Shown piece after piece: positions 1-12,850 of a stretch of DNA of 64,000 nt (its first letter is position 1; the number at the start of each line of letters is the position of its first letter). This DNA is from Octopus vulgaris (taxonomy: Eukaryota): positions 78,492,001-78,556,000 of the forward strand of contig OX597825.1 of the NCBI GenBank assembly GCA_951406725.2, written 5' to 3'. Position numbers and translations under genes: made by a program. Under the pieces are notes generated by a model that saw only the letters and a program-made list of their open reading frames with translations, was not told the DNA's origin and searched no databases.

Positions 1-527
1 CCATAAAATAACAATTTTCCAAATTATTTTTCAAAACCAGAACATCATTATCATTTTTTACCCTTTTGTTTTATAATTTACACCCGTCCTGAATCCACCT
101 AAGCCGATATCCAACTACTTTCTTAAAATCCACTCGGATAATATAAAGATTTACGAGACTTCTTTCTGTCTAAATCTGGGATCCTTTAAGTTTTATTCTC
201 GCTGTTCAACAACCAACCAAAGTATCTTAAGCTAAACCAGCTTAACAGAACTAAAGCTAATTGCTGTGCACAACATACTTTTAATTAGAATGTATTTTAA
301 CAAAAATACAGTTAAACTAATTGAATTGATTTTAAGTCCTTTAGACACTAGCATTTCCTTCCGTTCTCTCCAAATAACATTTAAATACATATTTTTTTTC
401 ATACATAAACAACAAATCTAATATGAAAATAGTTTTTTTTTCTGCCCCTTTTAATTGAATTCTATTTTCTTTTTCTCTAGACTGTTCACACTAAATTTTT
501 CTATTATAATATTTACATGCTTTCTGA

Positions 528-655
528 CGAGGTCGAATTTGCCTTTCATCATTTTGGGGTCGATAAATCAAGTACCGGTTGCGTACTGGGATCGATCTAA
601 TCGACTGGTCCCCTCCCCCCAAACATTTCAAGCCTTGTGCCTAGAGCAGAAAATA
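528..655 (+). mobile_element. SINE family A, 3' part
   Basis: GAGGTCGAATTTGCCTTTCATCATTTTGGGGTCGATAAATCAAGTACC matches the full copies at 4653, 18996 and 44290. Confidence 0.85.
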
Positions 656-679
656 AAAGAAGTTAAATGCCATTATTTA

Positions 680-786
680 CAGCGTGGCACCTTGGACAAG
701 TGTCTTTTACTAAAGCTCCGCGTCGACCAAAGACTTATGGGTGGATTTGGTAGAAAGAAGCAAATCATGTGTGTGTGTCTGTGTGT
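680..786 (+). mobile_element. SINE family B fragment
   Basis: GCGTGGCACCTTGGACAAGTGTCTT...GTGGATTTGGTAGA matches the full copy at 27714. Confidence 0.8.
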
Positions 787-2184
787 ATAATATATATATA
801 TACATACATATATACATACATACATAATTACATACATACATAAATGCATGAATGCATACATACATACATACATACATACATACATACATACATACATACA
901 TACATACATACATACATACCAATCCAATGTAACAGTATATTCTAAGACTAGAAAACGCGAAATCCTATGGCACGCACTGACTTTTCTACACAGGTTAAAT
1001 GTTAGCCTAAATTATTTTTTAAATTCTGAAATCAAACTTTCCACAGCACCATAGATACCACTCAGACTTTAACAAATCGCCAGTCAAATTTTCTTACTCC
1101 ACCACATCAAATTTAGGAAATATAATAGCCTATATTAATAGATATAAAATTCAGATTCAGACTAATACACACCAAAACCCTTGCACAGCACCCCGAATTA
1201 GTTCAAAAATAACAACAAAAGAACTAGTATAAACGGTGGCACAATAAAAAAAACCTGTAATTGTCGTATATCTAATGCATGCCCGCTTGGGAAGTTTTGT
1301 CTGTATAAAAATGTCTTGTAGAAACATCGAGTAAACACCAAGCATGGACCTACATAAGTAACACTTTAAATTTTCAACGGCGATATCGAGCTCACTTAAA
1401 TTTTTTCACCAAGATAAAATACAAATTCTCGACATTATTAGCCACATACATACATGATCTTAAATCCCAAAACATACAATATACACTGGATATTATAAGC
1501 TCCTCCTTATAATACAATTATATGTAAGTGCAAATTATGCTTAAAAGAGTCATTAATTATTCTGTCTACTCTTGCAAACAGGTTTTTTTCAAACATATGA
1601 TTCATTATGATTCTGGATAGAGGTGAGAACCAGCCTTCACACCAATTGAAACACTCCCCTCCTCTACCTTTAGAGACATTAGTAGCCTTATCTTATCGTA
1701 ACTTGTATCTCCTTCAACCACTCAAAACACTTTCACTCCCTGGTCTTTTGCGTATAGCTCTATACAAACACTAAGTAGGTAATTCTCATTAGAAAAAAGC
1801 AGTGCATATAAGCCTTTTTAGAAACTTATCTTCCCCAGAAACGGCCGTATGATTATTAACTGAATTAGTAATACCCAAACATTTTATCTTCTAGACTCTT
1901 AACTCTTTTTATGACTTCGTTTTATAATCTGTAAGTCGACCTATATATGTATTTATTTTTTCTATATACAGGGTGCGGCAGCAGTACCGTTCTTTTGGCA
2001 TTTAATAACGTTTATAGTATGTAAATGTTTATTAAGTAATTTTTATTGAACACAAATTTATTGCATTACTTAAAGAAACGAATAATAAAGTAATGAAAAA
2101 AATCACAGAAGTTTTATGAAACATATTAAGTATTGTTTCATCAAAACAACATGATTCAAATAGAAAACTCACATTTTTAACGTG

Positions 2185-2215
<31 letters not shown>

Positions 2216-2295
2216 TTAAATGGATGAATGAATTATCCTTTGTTTACCGTTAACATGGAAAATTCAATAAACAGTTACCAGGCTAAGGTCTCTTT

Positions 2296-2376
2296 CTTTC
2301 CTGATGAGAAGATTGCATTTTACACCGTTTATTCCTTTGGAATAAAACCAATGTTGTCTTCGAAACAAGTCGAAAG
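2296..2376 (+). ncRNA. Type I hammerhead ribozyme motif, intact core
   Basis: Stem I CTTTC/GAAAG, core CTGATGA (2301-2307), stem II GAAGA...TCTTC with inner TTTATTCC/GGAATAAA hairpin, GAAA (2362-2365), minimal helix III C-AA-G, GUC cleavage triplet (2369-2371). Confidence 0.8.
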
Positions 2377-2427
2377 TAAAAGAATTTTAATATCTTCGTT
2401 CAACTACATTTATTTCTTTTATATATA

Positions 2428-2510
<83 letters not shown>

Positions 2511-2769
2511 CATGTATATATTTAATGTATTGATTACTCTAAATATTTTTATATATCTATATATCTTTGATATGTTTGATATACTGAATATACCTTCGGA
2601 GAAATTCATGCACGATGGGTCTAGGGCTGAATAAATATAAATGTATATGTGAAGTTGATTTGCCTAAATTTGATTCTTACTTCTGCATTATTTTAACGCC
2701 TCAAGTTTAATATCCTCTGCACTTCAAAGTGAAGTCTATGCACTGGAGGAAATATTTTTCCTTTATAAT

Positions 2770-2855
<86 letters not shown>

Positions 2856-2890
2856 TGTATGTATAAGGTTAGTAAAGTTAGAGGTTGGAG

Positions 2891-3110
2891 TAACTGTCTA
2901 AGGGGTAAAAATATCCGTATAAGCTCCATGTTCCACATCGGATGTATTACCAAATATGAAGAATCTTATTTTTAGAATTTTCAATGGCAATACTATATAA
3001 CATTGGAAGCAGAAACAGCTGTCAGATGGGATGCAGTGTATCTATATGGTATGGTATTAATAAGTAATAATCGATGTTATTCAATTGTTGTTGATCAATA
3101 TTTATCCATT
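2891..3110 (+). mobile_element. Truncated copy of the long-stem-II hammerhead element (family of 17728 and 21242)
   Basis: AAGCTCCATGT...ACATTGGAAGCAGAAACAGCTGTC aligns with 17738-17840 and the reverse complement of 21249-21352. The CUGANGA half is missing. TAACTGTCTAAGGGGTAAAAATATCCGTAT also recurs at ~17412. Confidence 0.7.
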
Positions 3111-3125
3111 TTCTGTTTACTTTAA

Positions 3126-3166
<41 letters not shown>

Positions 3167-3173
3167 CAGAGAG

Positions 3174-3221
<48 letters not shown>

Positions 3222-3380
3222 GTAGACAAACTTCCGTCTAATGACGTAATGTGATAAGTATGTATGATAAGTGCTCGGGTTGGTTTACCGTTAACACTCC
3301 GATTTAAATTGCAACTAAAACAAAAGTGGTGATATAGCTGTCAAGCACAGAATGGTTATAAGTGGTTCATCATTGAGCGG

Positions 3381-3435
<55 letters not shown>

Positions 3436-3862
3436 CATATACATATTTATTAGGCAGAATGAAGAAGCAAAACATCTGGTATCACTTTAGTGTGTGTAAC
3501 ATAATTCATACACAATTGCTGTTGTTTCTAAAAGAGTTGTGTCTATGAGCTATAGGTTATCGAGGAAACATTTCCTTGAATGAACACCACATGGAATTTA
3601 TGTCTTTACACTATCCACTCGCAATAATAAAATATGAACTCCTACCGGAATCTACATACCATGGACAAGAAGCACTTTTACCCATTCTACACAGCTCTTT
3701 CTTTGGATAATGGAACTGAAACTGTAACATCCTACATATATTTTTGCATTCATTTTAATTTTTATTCTCTTATTTTTCTTTATACGTCTTACATCCATCC
3801 TTTTCCAAAATAACTCCTTATATAGAACTCTACTGTTTCCCTCTAGTTAACTCTCTCATATC

Positions 3863-3910
3863 GTCACTGATGAAGGGATATCCCTAACATCCCAGAAACA
3901 GCTGTAAGAT
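3863..3910 (+). ncRNA. Minimal type I hammerhead motif with palindromic helix III
   Basis: GTCA-CTGATGA-A-GGGAT...ATCCC-A-GAAA-CAGCTG-TA-AGAT. The core is intact and stem I has one A:A mismatch next to the core. Confidence 0.7.
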
Positions 3911-4112
3911 TATCTCTCTCTTTATAAACGTCCTATAAACTCCACGCAACCTTGGTTTTGTTGTCTCATTTTATTTAACATATACATACTCACACAAGAC
4001 CCGCATTAGTCATCTCACTCGTATTATTACCGAACCTAGAGTCAAACTACTGTCCTCCCATAATACTTACATAGCCTTACCTGCAACCTTGGGCCTTCTG
4101 GATATCAATACT

Positions 4113-4194
<82 letters not shown>

Positions 4195-4277
4195 CACACA
4201 CACACACACATATATATATACATAAACATATACATACACATACATATACATTTGTATGTATTATATACATGTATATT

Positions 4278-4325
<48 letters not shown>

Positions 4326-4652
4326 CAATATATGATATAGATTTAGAGAGTCATGATCATGCGACTATCACAGTAAACTCATCATAATCTACATAGAAAT
4401 CAGTTTCAAAATTACAAAAATGTGTAATGTAAAGTGTACCTCAAACAAAATATCCAGAAAACACGAGCGATCAAGTTCTTCTGTGAAAAGTATGAAAAGC
4501 ATAGTTCAGGAGGCATGAGAGGTGAGCATAGATCCATTTAATCACGTGACTTCTGAAGGATTACAGCCGTTGTGCAACCTTCTTCAAGTAGTATTTATTT
4601 TGCTATACAATAGATTATGTGTGCCTCCTTGCGTTAATATGTTTGCTCAACA

Positions 4653-4862
4653 AGACGGCGAGCTGGCAGAAACGTTAGCACACTGAACGAAACGCTTAGC
4701 AGTATTTCGTCTGCCTTTGCGTTCTGAGTTCAAATTCCACCGAGGTCGACTTTGCCTTTCATCCTTTCGGGATCAATAAATTAAGTACCAGTTGTGTACT
4801 GAGGTCGATCTAATCGACTGGCCACCTCCCCAAAGATTTCGGGCTTTGTGCCTAGAGAAAAG
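4653..4862 (+). mobile_element. SINE family A, full length, with 17-bp TSD
   Basis: tRNA-like head (GAGCTGGCAGAAACGTTAGC; box-B-like GAGTTCAAATTCC) and central GTCGACTTTGCCTTTCATCCTTTCGGG block. Flanked by the direct repeat AATATGTTTGCTCAACA (4636-4652 and 4863-4879). Confidence 0.9.
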
Positions 4863-5690
4863 AATATGTTTGCTCAACATTACATTACGTAATTGGATAT
4901 TCAAGAAACTAATGCAAATAAAGAAAGCTAGTTCGTGAGAACACTGTAACACCGTGGTTACATCAACAGTTCAATTCTAAATAACATAAAATTCACACTT
5001 TGTATATACACAATGTATAGAAGCCCGGAAGTGGACAGCACTACATTGATAACAAGCGATTTCCCTTCCTTTATTAAAGCAAAATAACAAGAAAGAACAC
5101 GAGGTAAAAAAAAACCAACGAAATACTGTTTTTTTTCTTTTAATTTACTTTTTTACCAAATAGACGAGGGTGACAAAATGGCGAATGTTTAGAGATTCTG
5201 CAGAATTTATTCATGAGAATTTTTTATATCTTAGTTGATATGAGGGTTTTAACATGTGAAGAAAAATTTTCTGTAATTATAGAGCCAAAATATATCTTTA
5301 TTTTGGTGTTTACCTTTTACTGGCCAAATCAGTGACATTTTGTCCAGTTCCGGCCTTCCATGCATTGCCTGTATAAACCGTGTATTTTGTGTGTATAGAG
5401 TTGAACTGTCGATGTAGCCATGATGCTTTGGTAAGCTGGTGAGCTAGCTCCCTTTGTTTGCATTGATTTGTGAATATACAACTGTATAATGAAGACTGTG
5501 TATATTAATTCAAACATGTAGGCATGGTTTCTTGTAGAGTGAAATTAATACTACATGAAGAAGGCTGCGAAATAAATCTGTATCAACTTCTCGTTGCTCC
5601 TGAATTTATGATTGCGTGTACAACAGATATAAATGCACCCCCCACACACACATACATGTGCAAGTAAATACATCCCTATTTTTGTACACA

Positions 5691-5730
<40 letters not shown>

Positions 5731-5783
5731 TTAAAATCCTTAAAAATGTTTTAGCCCGAAGACCGCGGCCATGCTGGGGTACC

Positions 5784-5844
<61 letters not shown>

Positions 5845-5869
<25 letters not shown>

Positions 5870-6330
5870 ATATATGTGTGTGTGTATGTGTGTGTATTGC
5901 ACACACATGCATACAATTGCGTATATTTGTGTACATGTGCGTGTGTATGCACATTTTACTGTGTGTGTGTAGGAATATATATATATAAATGTATGTATGT
6001 ATGCATGCATGCATGCATGTATGTATGTATGTATGTATGTTTGTATGTATGTATGTATGCATGTATATATGTATATATTGCACACACATGCATACAATTG
6101 CGTATATTTGTGTACATGTGCGTGTGTATGCACATTTTACTGTGTGTGTGTAGGAATATATATATATAAATGTATGTATGTATGCATGCATGCATGCATG
6201 TATGTATGTATGTATGTTTGTATGTATGTATGTATGTATGCATGTATATATGTATATATTGCACACACATGCATACAATTGCGTGTATTTGTGTATATGT
6301 GCGTGTGTATGCACATGTTACTGTGTGTGC
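5845..6330. repeat. 181-bp tandem repeat (~2.6 copies) built from degenerate microsatellites
   Basis: GCACACACATGCATACAATTGCG recurs at 5899, 6080 and 6261 (period 181). Confidence 0.85.
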
Positions 6331-6831
6331 GTTAGTGTTAGTGTGTTTGTGTATGAGTTTACCGCTATTTTAATCAATCGTATTAAATAACACAAACTCA
6401 CAGCAGCCATTATTACGGTTTGCCTGTAATATTGTGCAGTCGGTGTTGGTGATGGATCTTTTCTTTGTTCACCTATCAAATGTTTTGTCAAGATTGTAAA
6501 AGTTAGTGAGAGAAATGGTAATTTCCTGCTATATTTCCTGCTCATCACCTGTAGAAGTTGTTGGGAAAATATCTTGCTTCTGACTATCGATAAAAGAAAG
6601 GAACGTAGCTTTCACCAACTCTAGTAAATTCTTCCTTCCATTGTGGAGCATTTGTAGTGAAATGTCAAATAGCCTCTTCGACGCGGTTGTCTTGTGCAAT
6701 GTATAACATGGAGAAACGATATATTGTGTATTGTTTCTAATAAAGAGACGAGGCTTGGAATTTGTGGGGAGGGGTTAAAAAATCAACTCCAGTAATTTAC
6801 TGGAAACATAGATACAAGCAAATGCATATGA

Positions 6832-7775
6832 CAGTCAGCTGAAAAGTTCAGAAGCTGACCAAGATATTCTCACAGAATGTTGCCAAATGAGGTTCATTTT
6901 CCAGCACAGTCTTCCTTGCGGTCCACACACTTCTTCCATCGGTGTTGCAATGCTTGGATTCCATTGGTAAAGGAGTTTTCATCCTGTTGCAAAACAAAGT
7001 TTATCAACAGCAGAAATGACACCATCAACACTGCAATACTGGTTATTAGTCAAGGGTTTTTCATGTTGGAGAACAGATGATAGTCAGATGGTGCCAAATA
7101 AGTAGAGTAAGGATGATGATCAACCAGTTCAATATCATAGTCCTGTACAGCAGCCATTTAAATCAAGGACTTGTGTGCTGGAGCATTGTCCTGATGAAAC
7201 AAGACCCCTTTTGTCAGTTTTTCTGAGCTTTTGATCTTGATCAACTTTCGTAACTGCCCCAGCAAATTGGCAGACTACTTTCCATTGACGGTGTGACCCT
7301 TTTGAATAAACACAATGCCTTTTGCATCCCCAAAACTGAGGTCATCACTTACCCCGCTGATGAAACGAACTCGACCCTCTTCGGAGACGGTGAGGAGTGT
7401 TTCCACTGCATCGATTGTCCCTTTGTCTCTGGCTCAAAGTGATGAACCCAACACCCATCCTGGCTTAGGAAACATTCAAGGAAACCAGTTGGATTTACCT
7501 CAAACAATGTTAGATTTTGCTGTGATGTAATGAATCACAGCTTTTGATCATGTCAGAAAACGTGGCACCCACCGAGTAGAAACCTTTGTCATGTCAACTT
7601 TATTGTGCAGAATATTCTCAGCTCCCTCCCAAAGCATGCCAATAGCATTGGCTATTTGATCTATAGTCAATCGTCTGACATCCCTCGCCATGGGGTGAAC
7701 ACGATCAGTGTTTTTCTCGGTGGTGGTAGTTGCAGGACGCCCAGACCTTGGGACATCTTCAAAACTTCTTTCTCC
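6832..7775 (-). mobile_element. Decayed mariner transposon
   Basis: Minus-strand peptides FEDVPRSGRP...KVSTRWVPRFLT (ORF 7548-7850), ELVDHHPYSTYLAPSDY (~7080-7130; YSPDLAPSDY motif) and C-terminal WKKCVDRKEDC. TIR-like GCTGAAAAGTTCA also occurs at ~39040. Confidence 0.9.
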
Positions 7776-8511
7776 TCCTAATTTCAGCTGAGCTGAAGTA
7801 ATACACGTGCTGATTAAACTTTCCTCGAAATAACTGTTTGTAAGTTCCATATAATAGATGGAGTGAGGGTCGCTCTACAAACTACAGCCTAACACAAACC
7901 GAATCCTTTCAATGAGCAAGGGATTTGACTGATAATTGCATGCGAATGCTAAATTTAAATGGGAGTTGCAACAATATTTTTAACTCTATACTGGGCATGG
8001 CAGAAGCCAAATTACAAAGAAAGGGCAACATAGGGTGTAAAATATTATTTTAAAAACCTTGAAGAAATAGCAGAAATACTGTGGGAACGACTTGACTTCA
8101 CTTAATAAATATGACAGGAGAATGAAAGTTAAAAGTATCAAATGGACAGGCGTAGCGTGGGTATAGAAGAATGGCGTTGGTATGGAGAGGCGGCGATAGG
8201 GTAGAGTTAAATAGTTGAGTGCTATCTCAAGAAAAAAACATGAAGATGTCAGCCTAATAAGAAGTGACATCAAACAGATAGAAATGTCGAGTAGAAGATT
8301 CATAATAAAATGCACAATAAAAAAATGAAATTCAAGAAACGATAAAGCAAGAAAATAAAAAAAGAAATTGGGAAGTTTTTCAGTTTCTGTTATTTTTATT
8401 TATTTTATTTTTTGTTTTACGTTTTTTTTTTTTTTTTTGGTGGCTGTTGGGGGTCATTTTTGTATTGTTCTGTTTTCGAACTCAGAGTGTCAACTTTTAA
8501 GATCTGAAATA

Positions 8512-8614
8512 GCATCATCATCATCATCATCATCATCACTACCACTGCTATCATCATCACCATCACCATCACCATCACCATCGTCCTCATCGTCGTCATC
8601 ATCATCATAATCAC

Positions 8615-8681
<67 letters not shown>

Positions 8682-8760
8682 AACAAAACATCATCACCGT
8701 CATCATCATTACCCCCATCACCACCACCACCACCACCACCACCACCACTACCATCATCGT
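8512..8760. repeat. Compound (CAT)n/(ATT)n/(CAC)n microsatellite
   Basis: Seen directly in the sequence. Confidence 0.95.
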
Positions 8761-9104
8761 AACAACTCTCTGCAGTATTAATAGGAAGGGAAGTCGATTT
8801 GCAGAATCAGTAGAGTTATAGACAAAATATTTTGAGATATTGCTTCCGATTCCTCATATTGTGTGTTCAAATCCTGCCGAGGCCAGTTTTGCCCTTCGTA
8901 CCAGTCATGTAGTAGGGTCGATATAATTTACCATATCACTCTCTGTACATATGTTATAAGTCAATATTACATAGGTAATAAACTGACTGAAATACATGGA
9001 TATTTTTATTCTGAGATGATAAATGTGGAAAGAAAGAAAGGACTATAGGTTCCGTATAATAGATGGAATGAGGGTCGCTCTACAGACCACGGTCTTCAAA
9101 CCAA

Positions 9105-9950
9105 AGATGGTATTTTTGCTTCTAAGGCTCGCTTAAGCGGCTCAAGCTGTTCGCAGTAGATCTCCTTTGTTATCGTTTTCGTTTGGGTTCAGTGAGGACT
9201 AAACCTTTCATATTCTATCAAACAGATAACTAAACCTTACGTGGCCGAAGACCTTCTTCAGCCTGGGGTGCTGGTGTTTCTCCTTTCCCTACCAACTGTC
9301 TTTGACGCTTGACATTTTTATAGAGAACCCATTTCAAGTAACCAGCCACCATTCCAAAAAGGTTCATTTGTGAGACATTCACTCTCTGCGCGCGATTAGA
9401 CTCGGAAAGTTTGTGAGGAACCCATTGACCCAATTTGCTGACTTTTCCGATGGCACGCAGGTGTCGATGAATGGTTAAATGAAGCATTCCAAGCTTCTCT
9501 GCTAGTTCCTCAACAGTTACGATGGAATTTTGTTCCACCAGGGTTTGCAAGACGTCTTCGTCGAGCTCTACATATCTTCCAGTATGAGGCTCGTCTTCTA
9601 TGTTGTAGTTTCCGGCTCGGAATTACTGGAACCACTATTGACATTGGCTTACGCTTATTGCCCGATCCCCATATACTGTAGTAATATTCCTCTCACTTTC
9701 CGTTGTATTGTTGCCTTTATTGAACTCATAAAGCAAAATATGCCGAATATGCTCCTTTGTCACTTCCATTATAGCTTTGGAAACAAAGCTGTTAAAATCG
9801 AACTGCACCCTTCAAAACTTGCACTAAGAATAAGCACAAGGTAAAATAGCTACCTGCTCTTATAGCAAGTTGATGCAGGTAGTTTATTTTGTCCCCTCAG
9901 ACATTTACTTCATGCAATGGAAAAAACTGCATTATCTATGGGATTACACA

Positions 9951-9952
<2 letters not shown>
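9105..9952 (-). mobile_element. Decayed mariner transposon, internally deleted
   Basis: ORF 9230-9550 contains TVEELAEKLG..LTIHRHLRAIGKVSKLGQWVPHKLSESN (WVPHEL motif) and KWVLYKNVKRQR. Confidence 0.9.
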
Positions 9953-10009
<57 letters not shown>

Positions 10010-10847
10010 GAGAGAGAAAGAGAGAGTGTGAGAGAGAAATAGAGAGAGTGGGAATGAGAGACAGAAACAGAGAGAGATTAATGTAACCATGATGTTCTGG
10101 TGATCTGACGTGCTAACCTTCTATGTCTGCATTCATTTATAATTGTAGAATTGTACTGTGCAATGGGTAGCATACATATTGGCATAGACATGTAAACTGA
10201 TTTATTATACACTGAAATTATTATTACACGAAGAAGGCTGCGAAACGGCCGTAATCCTACGGATATCAAGTGGTTAGATACCTTTATTCACCTCTCATGC
10301 TTCCTCCTGGCTTTATGGTCTATACACTCCTCATGAAATGATTTCTTTGATTGGATCTCCTCGGTTTTAGCTGCATTATACCCTTCCACATTCAATCACT
10401 ATGTCGTATGGTAGCCGGATCTACATGAGGAGCTTTCTGTGATTTCCACAGGATTTCAAGGATCCAGGTATTGCCCCCCCACACACACACACAAACACAC
10501 ACACACACACACATACATATATATGAATGAACATGTGTCGTGTCAATATGTATATAAATATCCTGTAGTCAGCTGCGAGCGTACGTTGAACCACGTTTTC
10601 ACTAATTATTTCAGGTGCTTAACCACTAGGCCAAGCGCTATCAAATATATATATGTATATATATATATATAAATATATATGTTTGTGTGTATTTATATAT
10701 AGACGTGACGTGTATGTATATACACATATATGTATATATGTGTAGGTATATATATGTAAGTATTTATATATATATATATATACACATATGTGTATATAAG
10801 TATGTGTGTGTGTAAGCATATACATATATGTATGTATTTGCGTCTGT

Positions 10848-10887
<40 letters not shown>

Positions 10888-10915
10888 GCATATATATATA
10901 TATATACATATACAA

Positions 10916-10949
<34 letters not shown>

Positions 10950-11065
10950 GTATATATATATATGTGTGTGCGCGTGTGTGTATATATATATATATATACA
11001 CACACATATATTCATACATACATACATACATACACATCTATCTATCTCTCTATCACTCTCTCTCA

Positions 11066-11136
<71 letters not shown>

Positions 11137-11717
11137 GGTGTGTTTTTCTTTTTCTATTGTTGGTTGGTTGTGAATTTTGGGCATATAATTTCATTTTAAT
11201 AAAATTTATCTTCTTCTGAAGTCGTTTTTTTTTTCCATTTCTATTTATTCTCTTTTCTTTTCTTTTTACCTTTTCCAGTTGAAGTGAAGTGTTTTTTTTC
11301 AGTCAGTCGGAGAAGTTCTCGGTTCCATTTCATAATTTCCAATTGCTACGTTAAAACATTTAATGTACTTACTTAAATACGCTATTCTAATACGGCTTGT
11401 TAACCTTTACTTGTTCGCTCCATATATACAGTCGCCAACATAGCGAAGAGTTTTACATCTTGCACGTATTTACTCATTAACAGCACGATTCGGGTTATGA
11501 GTTTCGTTTTTCTTTCATTTTTTCTTTTTCCTGTTACGTTTTCTCAGAAATTTTTTTTCCATACTTCTTCATTAAAAAAGAAACAAATCTAACGAATAAA
11601 TTAAAACTAACTACTCATATTTTCTTCTTTCCTATTTCATTTTTTTTTTCTGCAGTGTTTCTTCATCGTAAAACTTTCCACCGCGTCCATTTGCAATCAG
11701 TCTCAAGAAGATAGAGC

Positions 11718-12020
<303 letters not shown>

Positions 12021-12329
12021 GTTATTTACTTGATACATTCACTTCTAGCACTAAATGGCCTTTGGCGGAATTAAATCCCTTTTGAAGATTAAATTCGATG
12101 CAGACCTAGCTAGTCTGATCCGCTCTGGTTTGGGTCTGGTTTGGCATGGATGGAGTTGTATTGTGTTGGAAAGTTCTCGGTGCATGTTGGCGTTAATTGG
12201 TGTAATGCCGGAAGTTGCCGATGTAATGATGTCGTGTTGGTTGTGGAGTTTTACTTTGGCAATATCGTGGTTTGGCGGAATCGTAACAGCGTGGGACCAA
12301 ATGCCTTGTGGTAATAGGACGATGTATTG

Positions 12330-12850
12330 ACAGATTGTTTAGAGCGTAAGACAAAATGACTCACGGTTTTTATTTCTGCTCTTTTCGTTCAGAGTTTCAA
12401 ATTCCACCAGAGTCAACTTTGCCCTTCATCCTGTTGCAATCGATAAAATAAAGTACTTGTCAAGTATGAGGGTTGGTACAATCGACTAAACTCCCCCACC
12501 CCTCAAATTTGATGCTTTTGTTCCGAAATCAGAGACCATTTCTTGGGAGGTGCGTTGGCAGAGTCGTTAGAGTGTCCGACAAAAGGCTTTGCCGTATTTC
12601 TTCAGACGTTTTTACTCTCTGGGTTCAAATCTTTCAGGTGTGAATCTTGACTTTCATCATTTCGAAATCAATAAGGTAAAGTAAAGTACCATCAAATACT
12701 GCGGTCGATGTGATTGATTAACCTTTCACCGCCACTCAAAACTACTGGCCTTGTGCCTAAGCCACAAACCGATTGCTGAGAGGCGGTTGGTTTGAGGAAA
12801 CCTTTGAACAAAATGCTTTGCAGTATTCCTTCCGACACTTTACATTTCCG
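12330..12850 (+). mobile_element. Tandem degenerate SINE family A copies
   Basis: Repeated diverged blocks TTCAAATTCCACCAGAGTCAACTTTGCCCTTCATCC (~12396) and TTCAAATC...GACTTTCATCATTTCG...AAGTACC (~12624). Confidence 0.7.

Larger units (their letters stand above)
80..1900 (+). mobile_element. Decayed Penelope-like retroelement (RT C-terminus, Cys knuckle, GIY-YIG endonuclease, 3' hammerhead remnant), interrupted by SINE fragments at ~520-920
   Basis: Manual translation with stops and frameshifts gives RKREILW (951), HHRYHSDFNKSPVKFSYSTTSNLGNIIA (~1048-1130), TCNCRISNACPLGKFCLYKNVL (1253), WTYISNTLNFQRRYRAHLNFF..STLLATYIHDLK (1345) and APPYNTIICKCKLCLKESLII (~1499-1560). These match in order the Penelope/Poseidon motifs RKRxIxW, FNRNTVKxSYS, CNCR..CPL..CL, YIG..F..RY..H and CxLCLxEK. 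The hammerhead 3' half GAAACGGCCGTA follows at 1838-1849. Confidence 0.8.

Noticed and set aside
7191-7365. CTGATGA words at ~7192 and ~7357
   Set aside because: They lie inside mariner coding sequence without flanking stems or a positioned GAAA/NUH.
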